From IMG/VR virus record IMGVR_UViG_3300042540_001399, positions 124,001-188,000 of that record: a stretch of DNA of 64,000 nucleotides; one strand, given 5' to 3'. The position numbers and the translations under genes were made by a program. Below the pieces are notes generated by a model. It had not been told where the DNA came from. It did not search any database and saw only the letters and a list, made by a program, of their open reading frames with translations. Positions 1-10,466 of the stretch are shown here, one piece after another. How positions within the stretch are numbered: position 1 is the stretch's first letter; every line of letters begins with the position of its first letter.

Positions 1-58
1 AAACAAGGGTAGAATATTTCAAAACCTTGGAACAAATAAAAGAAATAGAGTTTTAAGT

Positions 59-83
59 AAACCCCCTTAAATGGGGGTTTTTT
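59..83. terminator. Bidirectional intrinsic terminator between convergent genes
   Basis: AAACCCCC-loop-GGGGGTTT followed by T tract. Confidence 0.65.
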
Positions 84-622
84 TATTGTAATGAAATCCA
101 TTTAGATTTATAATCTAAATTGGTGGCACAATATCTACCATAGTCATTTACAACTGGCCTACCTGTATTGTACCAACCACAAACAATTGACCAATTACCA
201 TACTTTTTGTGCAAGTAATTAAGAAGTTTCATACTTGTCATGACATTTAATTCTAAATCAGACATTATTTTATTTTTACTGTAGTTTGAATTGTTGATCC
301 AATTACAAGTTTTTGGTAAAACTTGCATCGGACCAACAGCTCCAACAGAAGAAACCTGATTCGGATTGTAATTCCAATGAAACGGTCCCATATATCTTGT
401 TTCTTTAAACGCAACATTGTAGGCGATGTATTTTGGAACTGAATATTCATCAGAATATTTTTCTATTAAATCAAAAAGAACCATAGAACTAAATTGTTTA
501 GTTTTGAAATTACTTTTGTTGTCTAATGGTTTGTAATCGTTGGAAAAACTATCGAATGAAAATGAAAAATATATCAAAAATGAACAAAAAAGTCCGTAAT
601 AAAAAACTGTTTTTATCTTCAT
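83..622 (-). CDS. Soluble lytic transglycosylase (SLT) domain protein with N-terminal membrane anchor
   Basis: AFKETR (catalytic Glu), GAVGPMQV and WYNTG motifs; hydrophobic N-terminus. Confidence 0.8.
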   Translation of the reverse strand: MKIKTVFYYGLFCSFLIYFSFSFDSFSNDYKPLDNKSNFKTKQFSSMVLFDLIEKYSDEYSVPKYIAYNVAFKETRYMGPFHWNYNPNQVSSVGAVGPMQVLPKTCNWINNSNYSKNKIMSDLELNVMTSMKLLNYLHKKYGNWSIVCGWYNTGRPVVNDYGRYCATNLDYKSKWISLQ

Positions 623-623
623 A

Positions 624-941
624 CTATTTTTCCGATTTGACTATAACATTTCTGGCGTACATATTAAAAATTGCAACACCAATTGAATCTTCATAAACAG
701 TGTAATTACCATTATTCTTATCAATTATGATTAAGTGGTTATTTTCATCAATTGCCAAATTAACCTGTGACTTGTCCAAAGAAATCATTTCTATGGTTGG
801 TGATTTGGGACCATAAATTCTGTGGTAAAGATAACCAACAGAAAACCCACTAACAATGGAAAGTGAAAGTACAGTTATGACTGTGACTTTTTTGATCATT
901 GGTTTTGAATTCTCGATTAAAGCTTTGATTTTTTCTTTCAT
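624..941 (-). CDS. Single-pass membrane protein, unknown function
   Basis: One hydrophobic segment; TATATTTG on the minus strand upstream at 968-975. Confidence 0.6.
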   Translation of the reverse strand: MKEKIKALIENSKPMIKKVTVITVLSLSIVSGFSVGYLYHRIYGPKSPTIEMISLDKSQVNLAIDENNHLIIIDKNNGNYTVYEDSIGVAIFNMYARNVIVKSEK

Positions 942-1031
942 AATATATTTTTTTTATTGGTTTGATACAAATATAATAATTTTATCAACAATTTACAAAA
1001 TTTAATCTTCAACAATCGATATTTATGTTAT

Positions 1032-2414
1032 ATGAAAAAAGGAATATTAGTAGAATCAGGAATTAGGGACATTAAAAAGCTTGCTGATAGATACAAAAAG
1101 GCTAAAATTTATTTTCATCAAGATTTGGATGGTGTAACTACTGCAATTGCTATGAAAGAATATTTGGAAGATAATGGTATTGACGTTGTTGACGCCGAAA
1201 TAATACAATATGGTGATAAAGAATTTGCAATAAAAAAACTTGACGCTGAAGGTGATACGATGCCGGTTTTGGTTGATTTTGCCCACGGAAAACCAATGTT
1301 TGTAATTCACACAGATCACCATGATACACAAGCTGGTGTAGAAAAAGGAACATCTACATCATTCAAAAGTTCAAGGTCTAACGTTGAAACAATATCTCAA
1401 AGTTTATCACCTAAAGAAATTTTTACACAAGAAGACATAACGTTAATATCAACTGTTGATTCTGCAAATTTTGCTCAATACAATATATCAGTTGACGATG
1501 TAATGAAGTATATTTTCAAATTAGATAAGAATTCTGATGTTAAAAGAAATAAAATGTTGTTAGGATTAGTTGCTAATAAATTACTTTTAGCGTTCAAAAA
1601 TAAACCCGGATTTCTTGAAGAATTAGTATTAGACTGTAAACCATCGTTACTGAATATTTTATTAAAGATCAAATCAATTATGAAACGAGAAGGTTTTGAT
1701 GATGAAGAAAAACTCACACAAAATCAACAGGCCTACATCCAAAATATGAATGTTAGCCCCAACGTTAATGTTAGCGGTAACATATTAGTTCAATACGGAG
1801 GTGGATACATGACACCACAAGGTTCATATGATAGATATACACCATTTAAAAACAATCCAGACGCTGATTTTTTAGTAATTGCATGGCCGTTGGGATTAGT
1901 TCAAGCATCATGTAACCCATACAAAAAAGAACGAGCACTTAAGGGTGTTGATTTGGGTGAAATCAAAAATGAAGTATTGGATGAAATGAATCCAGAATTA
2001 CAAAGTATTATTGTACCATTATCAGTTTTGAAAAGAATATCTGAAACAAAAGCAACCTTCAAGTCTGTTGGTTTTACATTTAAGGATTTTATGGCAATTT
2101 ATGGTAACAGTCCATCTTTGAAAGTTTTGGGTAGAAAAGAAAGTTTATTCCCAATATTGGATAACATAATGAATAGACCTTACAGAAAACTAAGTGAAAA
2201 ACAAATTGCTTTATTAGATAAAGTTGTACTAAATGGTAGAGATATCATAAATGCAAATTCTGGGGGACATAAATGTATTACCAATATTTCAGGTATTAGT
2301 TTTCTTTACAGAAAAAAAGATGGTGGAGAACAAAAAAGTTATGTAGATTTAACAAAGCAGATACAAAGTAAGTTTTACGAAATTTTACAGGCAAAAATCA
2401 GTTCTGAAAAATAA
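1032..2414 (+). CDS. DHH-family phosphoesterase with short leader (MKKGILVE)
   Basis: FHQDLDG, LVDF, TDHH and C-terminal SGGHK motifs; TATTTAT at 1020-1026. Confidence 0.7.
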   Translation: MKKGILVESGIRDIKKLADRYKKAKIYFHQDLDGVTTAIAMKEYLEDNGIDVVDAEIIQYGDKEFAIKKLDAEGDTMPVLVDFAHGKPMFVIHTDHHDTQAGVEKGTSTSFKSSRSNVETISQSLSPKEIFTQEDITLISTVDSANFAQYNISVDDVMKYIFKLDKNSDVKRNKMLLGLVANKLLLAFKNKPGFLEELVLDCKPSLLNILLKIKSIMKREGFDDEEKLTQNQQAYIQNMNVSPNVNVSGNILVQYGGGYMTPQGSYDRYTPFKNNPDADFLVIAWPLGLVQASCNPYKKERALKGVDLGEIKNEVLDEMNPELQSIIVPLSVLKRISETKATFKSVGFTFKDFMAIYGNSPSLKVLGRKESLFPILDNIMNRPYRKLSEKQIALLDKVVLNGRDIINANSGGHKCITNISGISFLYRKKDGGEQKSYVDLTKQIQSKFYEILQAKISSEK

Positions 2415-2745
2415 TTTCGTCACCTTCATTTATGTTATATTTTTTACATTCACCACCTGGTAATTCTAAAACAATATCGCCATTTCCATTATATGTCTGA
2501 CACTTACCTTGATTACATGGTTTACAATTGTGATGAATTTTAGTTATAACATCTTCATTTATAAAAATAATATCAAGTGGTATAATACAATTTTTCATCC
2601 AAAAGGAGTGATCCCTACCGTCTAACATGAATAACATACCATCAAAGTCTTCATCAAATTTTTTATTCATCATACCATTTGAAATATCTTTATTTGTCAA
2701 TGCCGACTTGACCCTATAACTATTATTATTTATTACTATGTTCAT
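2398..2745 (-). CDS. DUF192 family protein
   Basis: GMLF, FWMKNCIIPLDIIFI and VLELPGG motifs. Confidence 0.8.
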   Translation of the reverse strand: MNIVINNNSYRVKSALTNKDISNGMMNKKFDEDFDGMLFMLDGRDHSFWMKNCIIPLDIIFINEDVITKIHHNCKPCNQGKCQTYNGNGDIVLELPGGECKKYNINEGDEIIFQN

Positions 2746-2757
2746 ATTTATAAATAT
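2744..2757. promoter_or_regulatory. Palindromic bidirectional TATTTAT-type promoter element
   Basis: ATATTTATAAATAT places TATTTAT on both strands between divergent DUF192 and NUDIX genes. Confidence 0.55.
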
Positions 2758-2763
2758 TGTATT

Positions 2764-3186
2764 ATGAAAGAATTCAAAAGGTATTCGGGTATTGTTATAA
2801 AAAAAGGTAATGAAGTTTTACTATGTAAAAGAAGCCCAAAAAATTCCTTACCTAATGAATGGTCCATTCCATCAGGAGGTATGGAAGGAAAAGAAACGCC
2901 AAAAGAAACCGCAATCAGGGAATTCAAGGAAGAAACAAATATTCAAATAAAAGGGGAATTAAAGTTAGTCGACATACTTAACCTGTATGAGGATGAAGAT
3001 ACAAAAAAAGGTTTAATGTATATTTTTCTTCATGAAACAAATAGATATGTGTTTCCTGAACTTGAATCAGCAAAAGATGGTCATGAACACACAGAATGTG
3101 GGTACTTCAACTTAAAAAACAATCCTATAAGTAAAAAAAATCAAGAATTTGGTAAAATAATTACAAATATTTTGAAAAAATATTGA
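2764..3186 (+). CDS. NUDIX hydrolase
   Basis: Nudix box GGMEGKETPKETAIREFKEET. Confidence 0.9.
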   Translation: MKEFKRYSGIVIKKGNEVLLCKRSPKNSLPNEWSIPSGGMEGKETPKETAIREFKEETNIQIKGELKLVDILNLYEDEDTKKGLMYIFLHETNRYVFPELESAKDGHEHTECGYFNLKNNPISKKNQEFGKIITNILKKY

Positions 3187-3216
3187 TTTTTACCAATTTA
3201 TCACATATTTATTTAA

Positions 3217-3308
3217 CACAAAAAAACATTACACCCCTTTCACTTACTGTAATGGTTTATCAAAACCCAACCCACAAATTAAGTAAAATTTCTTTGTGGG
3301 TTTTTTTA
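3217..3308 (+). ncRNA. Candidate short late non-coding transcript
   Basis: TATTTAT at 3206-3212, CATTACA/TGTAATG hairpin, then AACCCACAAA/TTTGTGGGTT terminator; no credible ORF. Confidence 0.35.
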
Positions 3309-3324
3309 TATACAAAATTTCCCT

Positions 3325-3332
3325 TATATTTG
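3325..3332 (+). promoter_or_regulatory. Bacteroidota primary-sigma -7 element (TAnnTTTG), representative copy
   Basis: TATATTTG. Other copies before genes at 3876, 4272, 8127, 9479, 10455, 21576, 26875, 29469, 47203 (+) and 968, 36651, 41635, 56015 (-). Confidence 0.75.
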
Positions 3333-3346
3333 TATAAATAAAAAAA

Positions 3347-3538
3347 ATGAAATCAATTCCGTTGTATATTGTAATAAACAGTCACTTGAGTGACTCACTT
3401 ATTGAAATTTCCTTCAACCCTGAACTAGCAAGAAATAGGATTCAATTTGTAAAAGTTTTAACAAACATGTTTACCGATCTGACAGAAAGAATAAGTGAAG
3501 AAGAATTGAATAAAATTTGGGATGAAAAAATAAATTAA
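3347..3538 (+). CDS. Hypothetical protein
   Basis: ORF directly behind TAnnTTTG. Confidence 0.6.
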   Translation: MKSIPLYIVINSHLSDSLIEISFNPELARNRIQFVKVLTNMFTDLTERISEEELNKIWDEKIN

Positions 3539-3539
3539 A

Positions 3540-3869
3540 ATGGGAACTTACATTTACACTTACAAGAAAAAATTAGATAAAAAGGCAATTCTTAACGGAC
3601 AAGAAGTTAAGGTTGGTGAAGCTACTTTTTTATGTAAACAAGATTGGTCAGGAAATTACACACCACAAGAAAAACGTGAAATGACAAGAGCCACATGTTT
3701 ACTTGAAAACGATCAACCAGAATACATTACATTTGGTGAAGAAGTTTATAAAAATAATAAACGTGGTATTTGGACTGATGGTAGTGGTTTTTGGTCAGGT
3801 ATTGATCATAAAAAAGATTTTGTTGGAACATTAAAAAAATCGGGTAAAAAATTTGTTATTGAAAAATAA
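3540..3869 (+). CDS. Hypothetical protein
   Basis: Tightly coupled ORF. Confidence 0.6.
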   Translation: MGTYIYTYKKKLDKKAILNGQEVKVGEATFLCKQDWSGNYTPQEKREMTRATCLLENDQPEYITFGEEVYKNNKRGIWTDGSGFWSGIDHKKDFVGTLKKSGKKFVIEK

Positions 3870-3887
3870 TTCATGTATATTTGTATT

Positions 3888-4163
3888 ATGAATAAAGTAG
3901 GTTTCAATATTAAAGTTATGAATGAAAAGTTTGGTGATTTAATCAACGAAACTTTTATGGACCAAGTACAGTTTAAACTTTTTTTAAAAATGGTACACGG
4001 TTGTGTAGAATTAGGCGAAGACCTAACATTCTTCAACGGAGATACTTTCTTTGTAAACATACCAAACAAAATCCTCAAAGAATCTGTTATTGTAACTAAC
4101 GTTAAAGAAATTACAATGACTGAACAAGTTAAAAGTAAAATAGAGGCTCTTGTAACAAAATAG
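3888..4163 (+). CDS. Hypothetical protein
   Basis: Start moved to ATG 3888, 4 nt after TATATTTG (3876-3883). Confidence 0.6.
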   Translation: MNKVGFNIKVMNEKFGDLINETFMDQVQFKLFLKMVHGCVELGEDLTFFNGDTFFVNIPNKILKESVIVTNVKEITMTEQVKSKIEALVTK

Positions 4164-4283
4164 TTTCTTTGTTTCCTATAAAACAAAGTGGTGGAGTCAG
4201 TCCAATTTGGACGGCCTGAAAAAAAGGGATCTTTTACGATCTCTTTTTTTGTTTTATATTAAAATTTTTATTATCTTTGTTTT

Positions 4284-4496
4284 ATGAAATTAACTAAAAA
4301 AGAACAATTATTTTTAGACCAATTAGAAAAAAATGGTGTAGTTTGGAATTTTGACCCTATATACTTAGAAACCAAAGACAAAAAAGGTTTTGACAAGGTA
4401 ATTGGTTATAAATCTTCTTTTATTGCCTACGACTTAATTGAAAAAGGTTTGATTAAAAAAAATCCCGAAAATCCATCAAGTTGGATCAAAGCTTAA
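4284..4496 (+). CDS. Hypothetical protein
   Basis: ATG 4 nt after TATCTTTG. Confidence 0.6.
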   Translation: MKLTKKEQLFLDQLEKNGVVWNFDPIYLETKDKKGFDKVIGYKSSFIAYDLIEKGLIKKNPENPSSWIKA

Positions 4497-4500
4497 TACT

Positions 4501-4890
4501 ATGGAAAAAATATTATATATTGTAAGAGGGGTGCCGGGTTCAGGTAAAACAACTTTAGCAAAAGAATTAACTGCAAACGTGTTTGAGGCGGATCATTATT
4601 TTTATGATAATGATGGTAATTATAATTTCATTCCTTCAGAAATAAAAGAAGCACATAAAGAATGTCAACAGTTTGTTGGATATGCGATGGAATCAGGAAT
4701 TAAAAAAATTGCAGTATCTAACACATTCACTCAAGAGTGGGAAATGGAACCCTACTTTGAGTTAGCAAAAAAACATGGGTTCAAAGTTTTTACTATCATA
4801 GTTGAAAATAGACATGGTGGTGTTAATCAACATGGAGTTCCCGAAGATAAAATAGAACAAATGAAAAAACGTTTTGAAATAAAATTATGA
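4501..4890 (+). CDS. P-loop kinase, AAA_33/polynucleotide-kinase-like
   Basis: Walker A GVPGSGKT; EAD, VSNTF and HGVP motifs. Confidence 0.8.
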   Translation: MEKILYIVRGVPGSGKTTLAKELTANVFEADHYFYDNDGNYNFIPSEIKEAHKECQQFVGYAMESGIKKIAVSNTFTQEWEMEPYFELAKKHGFKVFTIIVENRHGGVNQHGVPEDKIEQMKKRFEIKL

Positions 4891-5789
4891 ATAGATTAGA
4901 AAGACTTAAGCAACAACATCAAGATCTTGATGTTTCTTTGATTGATATTATTTCTTTTTTAGACCCAACGGATTCATATAAATATTTAGAATTTTTAATC
5001 AAAAATTTCAAAAATGAAAATGATTACTACAGCCCAAACAAAGAAGAATTTATGGGGTATATGGGTGTATTTTTATTTGGGTCTGGTGAAATTGAAACTT
5101 TGAATGAATTTGAAAGACATTCCAAGGCCAACCGAATTAAAAACAAAGATATTAGTTCATATAATGATTTCTTAGAATTACATGAAGTTGTCAAGAAAGC
5201 TGAAGAAATTGAAAAAAGAAAACGTATTGAAAAAGAAATTATAAAAATACATGAAGATGACATTTGGTTAGTTTTGACACCATTAAGTTTTGAATCTGCT
5301 AAAATTTATGGGTCTAATACGAAATGGTGTGTCACTCAAGAAAAGTATTGGGTAGATTATTTATCAACACACAGACTGATATATCTTATAAATAAAGAAA
5401 ATGGGTGGAAGATGGCTTTTTCAAGAAATTTCAGATTAAATAATGGAAGAAGAAGTTTTGGGAATGAAGTACAAGCTTGGGATCAACAAGATAAAGAACA
5501 AGATCCCATGTCCATAGAAAATATACCTGATGAAATCTTTTTGAAAATAAAAAAAGAGTTGCAAATCTATAAAACTACTGGTGAGTTATGTGGAATAAAA
5601 AATGAAACGCTTTTGACTACTTCAGATTCTTTTCATGGTACAATTCATCATAATTCTCATATAACAACAACAAGGTCTTTTGGTGAAATAATGGGTTTAT
5701 ACACACCAAATTCTCCAATAGATGGTTTAACATATAATAGTCCATGGTCACAATCGTCCGATATCATCGAATTGGATGATTTACCTTAA
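4887..5789 (+). CDS. YGxxTKWC-motif protein, paralog 1
   Basis: LTPLSFESAKIYGSNTKWCV...LIYLINK, shared with 11673 and 39452. Confidence 0.65.
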   Translation: MNRLERLKQQHQDLDVSLIDIISFLDPTDSYKYLEFLIKNFKNENDYYSPNKEEFMGYMGVFLFGSGEIETLNEFERHSKANRIKNKDISSYNDFLELHEVVKKAEEIEKRKRIEKEIIKIHEDDIWLVLTPLSFESAKIYGSNTKWCVTQEKYWVDYLSTHRLIYLINKENGWKMAFSRNFRLNNGRRSFGNEVQAWDQQDKEQDPMSIENIPDEIFLKIKKELQIYKTTGELCGIKNETLLTTSDSFHGTIHHNSHITTTRSFGEIMGLYTPNSPIDGLTYNSPWSQSSDIIELDDLP

Positions 5790-5800
5790 AAATAAATTTT

Positions 5801-6454
5801 ATGGGATTCAAAAAAATTTTAACAACAGGAAAAGTATATATAACTTCAGATATACATTTTGGTCATAAAAATATCTGTCGAGGTGTTACTAATTGGAGAA
5901 CACAAAATGGTGAAATACCTGTAGAATCAACTAGGGATTTCCAAACAATAGAACAAATGAATCAAAGATTAGTTGATGGGATTAACCACTTTGTTGGTCA
6001 AGACGATACGTTAATTATTTTGGGGGATGTTTCATTTGGTGGATTTGATAATGTAGGGATTTTTTTAAGTCGGTTAGTTTGTAAAAATATTCATTTAATA
6101 CTTGGGAACCACGACCATCATATTGAAAATGATAGAATGGGAATACAAAGTAATTTTTTAAGTGTACAACATTATTTGGAAGTTAATATTAATGGGGAAA
6201 ATTTTGTATTATGTCATTACCCATTACAAAGTTGGCACGGAATGAATAAAGGGGTTATTCACCTTCACGGTCACGTTCATTTACCAGAAAGCCGTAAATT
6301 TGGGAATGGTAAAAAAATGGATGTTGGCGTTGATGGTAATGGTATGGATCCATATGACATCGATGAAATTATTAAAATTATGAACAGAAGAAATATTTTT
6401 TCTGACATGGATGGCGACCATCATATGGATAATTTGGTTGGAATTGTTGGTTAA
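5801..6454 (+). CDS. Calcineurin-like metallophosphoesterase
   Basis: SDIHFGH, LGD, GNHD, LCHYP and HGHVH motifs. Confidence 0.9.
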   Translation: MGFKKILTTGKVYITSDIHFGHKNICRGVTNWRTQNGEIPVESTRDFQTIEQMNQRLVDGINHFVGQDDTLIILGDVSFGGFDNVGIFLSRLVCKNIHLILGNHDHHIENDRMGIQSNFLSVQHYLEVNINGENFVLCHYPLQSWHGMNKGVIHLHGHVHLPESRKFGNGKKMDVGVDGNGMDPYDIDEIIKIMNRRNIFSDMDGDHHMDNLVGIVG

Positions 6455-6481
6455 ACTTTTTTTTTAGATATTTATCTGAAT

Positions 6482-7738
6482 ATGAAAACTTTTATTTTAA
6501 CAGAAAAACAATTTGATAAATTAAGTAAAAAACTTATTAGCGAAGCGGTTGGTGTACCTCAAGGTATTTTAGAAGCTTCAGAAAAACTATACAAGTTGAT
6601 ATCTGAAGAGTTAAAAAAAATAAATACTAAAGAGACAGAATATACTTTTTACATCAGGAATCAAAAATTAAAAATATCTGACATAGTTATAAAAACTATA
6701 CATGTAACGATCAACGTTGAAGAGTTGGAAAGTTATGACGGTAAACCCGTAATTGCGTCCATGGGTGTTGCTAATGAATTTAATTTTGATGAAGGTATTA
6801 TGATGCAGGTAAACAAAGTAAGTAAAGAAGTGCAATTAACCTTAAATTATATTGTTTCGGAAAATTGGGAACCAAATGAATTATACGATAATTTTGTTTC
6901 AGATGAAATACAAACTATTTCGGTTATGTCTCATGAATTGAAACACAAATATGATAGGACTAAAAAAACAAAAGGTTTTGTTGGTGATATTTCAGACTAC
7001 CAAGCTTATTCATCAGGTAGGCTTAGGTTTGGCATTCCTATAATTGATCAATTTATGAGATATAGTTATTACATTCAAAATGTGGAAAATCTAGTTAGAC
7101 CAACTGAAGTCTCAACAAGAATGATCAAGAAAGGTATAAATAAAGAAACTTTTTATGATTTCATCACAAATGATGAAACCTTTTTAGAATTAAAGGAAAT
7201 TCAAAATTTTTCATATGATTATTTTATTAAGAGTTTATATGAACAAATGGAAGATATTGACAGTTTAATTGAACATGCTGGTGGGGATCCATCAACTATG
7301 TCTGAAGAAGAAAAGGTGGAAGGTGTTTTACAATTGGTTTATGTTAATTTGGCTAATCTTAAAACTGATTTATTTGATCATTATTTTTATACTTCAAAAG
7401 AAAAAATTGATAAAATGTTTGGGGGTATGTTGAGGTCTCTTTTTGGTCAATCAGATAATTCCAATGAAGGTAAAGAAAAAATTAGAAATAAGTATTGGAA
7501 TTACGTTATGAAATATAAAAATAACGAAATAAAATTTTTCGAAGATGAATGTGAAAGATTTAATTATGTTTCAACAAAACTTCTTAAAAAAATTAGTAAA
7601 ATATATTCTTTAATTCCTGATGATAAAGAAGTTACCAATGAATCAATTATAAATTGGGAACTTCATCACAAACTAATGGAAAAAAAATATGGTAAAAGAA
7701 AAATTCAAACAACATACAATTACAAAAATTTTAAATAA
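6482..7738 (+). CDS. Leader-bearing protein with HExxH motif (possible zincin)
   Basis: SHELKH; leader MKTFILTEKQF; TATTTAT at 6469-6475. Confidence 0.5.
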   Translation: MKTFILTEKQFDKLSKKLISEAVGVPQGILEASEKLYKLISEELKKINTKETEYTFYIRNQKLKISDIVIKTIHVTINVEELESYDGKPVIASMGVANEFNFDEGIMMQVNKVSKEVQLTLNYIVSENWEPNELYDNFVSDEIQTISVMSHELKHKYDRTKKTKGFVGDISDYQAYSSGRLRFGIPIIDQFMRYSYYIQNVENLVRPTEVSTRMIKKGINKETFYDFITNDETFLELKEIQNFSYDYFIKSLYEQMEDIDSLIEHAGGDPSTMSEEEKVEGVLQLVYVNLANLKTDLFDHYFYTSKEKIDKMFGGMLRSLFGQSDNSNEGKEKIRNKYWNYVMKYKNNEIKFFEDECERFNYVSTKLLKKISKIYSLIPDDKEVTNESIINWELHHKLMEKKYGKRKIQTTYNYKNFK

Positions 7739-8102
7739 AGTATTTCTAATCTTAATTTCTTTATTTCTTTTGTCTTTTATTTTTTCTGAATTTAAAGAAT
7801 ACAAAGGAACCGCAACTTACTACGGACAACATTGGACAGGAAGACTAACTTCATCAGGGGAAAGATTCCATGCAGATAGTTTGACTGCAGCCCACAAATA
7901 CTTTAAGTTTGGAACAATTCTTAAAGTAACTAATACAATCAATGACTCAGTTCGTTATGTTAAGGTGAATGACAGACTACCAAAAAGTTCAAAATTTATA
8001 ATTGATCTTAGTTATGGAACGGCAAAAGAACTTAACTTTTTGAAAAGAGGTGTAATTCCAGTCATCTTAGTTCCTGTTGACACCGTAAAAATTGTAAAAT
8101 AA
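7689..8102 (+). CDS. rlpA: RlpA-like DPBB lytic transglycosylase
   Basis: GTATYYG, TSSGE, TAAH, VKVNDR and IIDLS motifs; signal anchor. Confidence 0.85.
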   Translation: MVKEKFKQHTITKILNKVFLILISLFLLSFIFSEFKEYKGTATYYGQHWTGRLTSSGERFHADSLTAAHKYFKFGTILKVTNTINDSVRYVKVNDRLPKSSKFIIDLSYGTAKELNFLKRGVIPVILVPVDTVKIVK

Positions 8103-8139
8103 TTTTTCTAATCCAATTTAATTTCCTATCTTTGTTTCT

Positions 8140-9489
8140 ATGTGGACAACTAAAGAAACTAAAAGAGAGTATCGTGGGGTAACAATATGGAAGTTTGAAG
8201 GATCAAAAGTTAAAGACTCCTTCAGAAAAAGAGACCCACGCACATTTCAAAAAGACGACAGTAGATTTACCAAATGGCATTCCTATCAGGTTGAACTATT
8301 TGGTGTTAAATACGAATCAGAATTGTTAAGAGATGTAAAAGAGTACATTGATTCAATCTTTGATAAAATATGAAAAACCCCTGTAAAGAGTGTCCCCACT
8401 TTATTCGTAATCGTCATAATGATATGATTGTGGAGTTTGGAAAAAGAACTGGAAAAAAACACAATTGTCATATGACTGAAGGAGTAAAAGATTTATGGAA
8501 TGTTAAGAATGAAAAATTAGAATGTTATGGTTCAAAGAAAGATAATTTACGGAGTGTGTGATAAGACAGGATCTTGTGATTCATATTTTGGTTTTTTTAA
8601 AACCAAGTCAGACGCAGAACACGAAGTTGAGATACAAGCAAAACGACTCAAAGAAGACTTGGGTATGATGGATATTGAAATCAAATCAGACCGAGCATTG
8701 TTCGGAGGTAAAGTAGTAATTGTTATTCACCAGTATATGTTAAGGTGATGAAAAAAGTACAAACTAAATTTGGAACCTATATAGATATGGAAACAAAAAG
8801 TAATACAGAATTAACCGGTGATAAAATCAAGGTATTTGTAGAGAGATTAAAAAAGATTGGTATTGAAGTTAAACTTGTGGGTAACTATCCTTGGGTTTAT
8901 ATTGATGAAATCTGTGGTATCAAAGTAAAAGAAAAGTTTGAAGGAAATCATGGGTTTACTCTAATATTCTTACCTGCAAAAACTGACTCACCACCATCCG
9001 ACTTCACAGATATAACGGAGATATTCAAACTAATACGAAAGTATATTAGACAAGCGAATCTTATTGAATTAATGAAAATAGACGAAAAAGACGGAATGTA
9101 TGACACTGAATGAATTAAGAGTTGGTAGTATTGTAACCCACCCAATTTTTGGAACACCTGTTGCTGTAAGGGCGATTGCTTTTAACGGATTATATATCGG
9201 AACTGAAAACGGTCTTCCACTTCATATCGATGACTTCAAACCTGTCGAAATAACTGAACAGATATTAGAGTTGTTACATTTTGTTAGAATGGAAGCCGAA
9301 GCACCTGGTATTGGTGAATACGAGTGGTGGGAAACAGATACCTTTTCCCTAACGCACCTTTATAAAGGTTTATATGGTGTTGAAGGATTAAGTGGTATCA
9401 ACCCAATTAGATATGTTCATCAACTTCAAAATGCGGCATTTGTTATTGATGGAAAAGAATTAGATACGAAAGAATTATTATATTTGTAA
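8140..9489 (+). other. Run of five small overlapping hypothetical ORFs (8140, 8370, 8527, 8745, 9100)
   Basis: Coupled ORFs behind TATCTTTG (8127-8134); 8370 has CxxC...HxCH. Confidence 0.6.
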
Positions 9490-9494
9490 AAGTT

Positions 9495-9908
9495 ATGGAA
9501 AAGAAAAGAATTTATTTAGATGATGTTCGTACACCAGTCGATAAAGACAATTGGATTGTGGTTCGTTCTTATGATGAGTTCGTTCAAAAGATTAATGAGG
9601 TTGGTATGGAGAATATTGAACTCATATCTTTGGATCACGACTTGGGTGATAGTGCGATGAAAGAGTGGTTACATGGTGTTGTAAGAAACTATGAAATCAA
9701 CTACGATAATATCACCGAAAAGACTGGTATGGATTGTACTAAGTGGTTAGTGAATCAGTGGATGGATGGTAAACCTATTGTTGATGTTGTAGTTCACTCC
9801 GCAAACGCTATTGGATCTGCAAACATGATGGGTTACATCAACAACTACCGACACATCAATCGACTACCACAGAATTGTAATAGAATATTTTGGGAACACA
9901 CAGTATAA
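9495..9908 (+). CDS. Cyclic-phosphate-processing receiver-domain protein
   Basis: IYLDDVRTP, ISLDHDLG, TGMDC and VHSAN motifs. Confidence 0.75.
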   Translation: MEKKRIYLDDVRTPVDKDNWIVVRSYDEFVQKINEVGMENIELISLDHDLGDSAMKEWLHGVVRNYEINYDNITEKTGMDCTKWLVNQWMDGKPIVDVVVHSANAIGSANMMGYINNYRHINRLPQNCNRIFWEHTV

Positions 9909-9918
9909 AAAATTAGTA

Positions 9919-10443
9919 ATGGAATTAGAAAAATTAACAATGGACGAACTTATTTCTTTAAGAAATAAAATTGAAGGACTTATTCATTCATATGAGGACG
10001 GTTATATCTACATATGTTCTGTTCGTCAGTTCGGTAGTGTTTGGGAAGAAAGACCTTCTAGTTTATATTCTTTAAGGGAACTGTGTGATTCTTATTACGG
10101 AGATAATGGAATTGTGGATGTTTATACCAACAACCCGAATTTAGAATTTCCTGAAATGGAGTTTGAAAATTATGGTGATGTTATGTATATTGAATCTGAG
10201 TATGATTACAGAGAGTGGATTAAACACACTAAAGCTAAAAATCTTATTAAAGATGTGACACAACGACTTGATGAGTGGGATGAAAGTAAAAATTTACCAT
10301 TTAAGTACCGTCCTTCTTTTGCGCCACATTGGACAAGAGAAGATGTTAATGGATGGATTGAAGAATTTGAAAATACTAAGTGGGATTTTGTTGAACCAAG
10401 ATCAATAAAAATAAATTATCTTGAAGAAGATACTGACGAATAA
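9919..10443 (+). CDS. Hypothetical protein
   Basis: 174-aa ORF in operon. Confidence 0.6.
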   Translation: MELEKLTMDELISLRNKIEGLIHSYEDGYIYICSVRQFGSVWEERPSSLYSLRELCDSYYGDNGIVDVYTNNPNLEFPEMEFENYGDVMYIESEYDYREWIKHTKAKNLIKDVTQRLDEWDESKNLPFKYRPSFAPHWTREDVNGWIEEFENTKWDFVEPRSIKINYLEEDTDE

Positions 10444-10466
10444 AAAAATATTATTATTTTTGTAAA

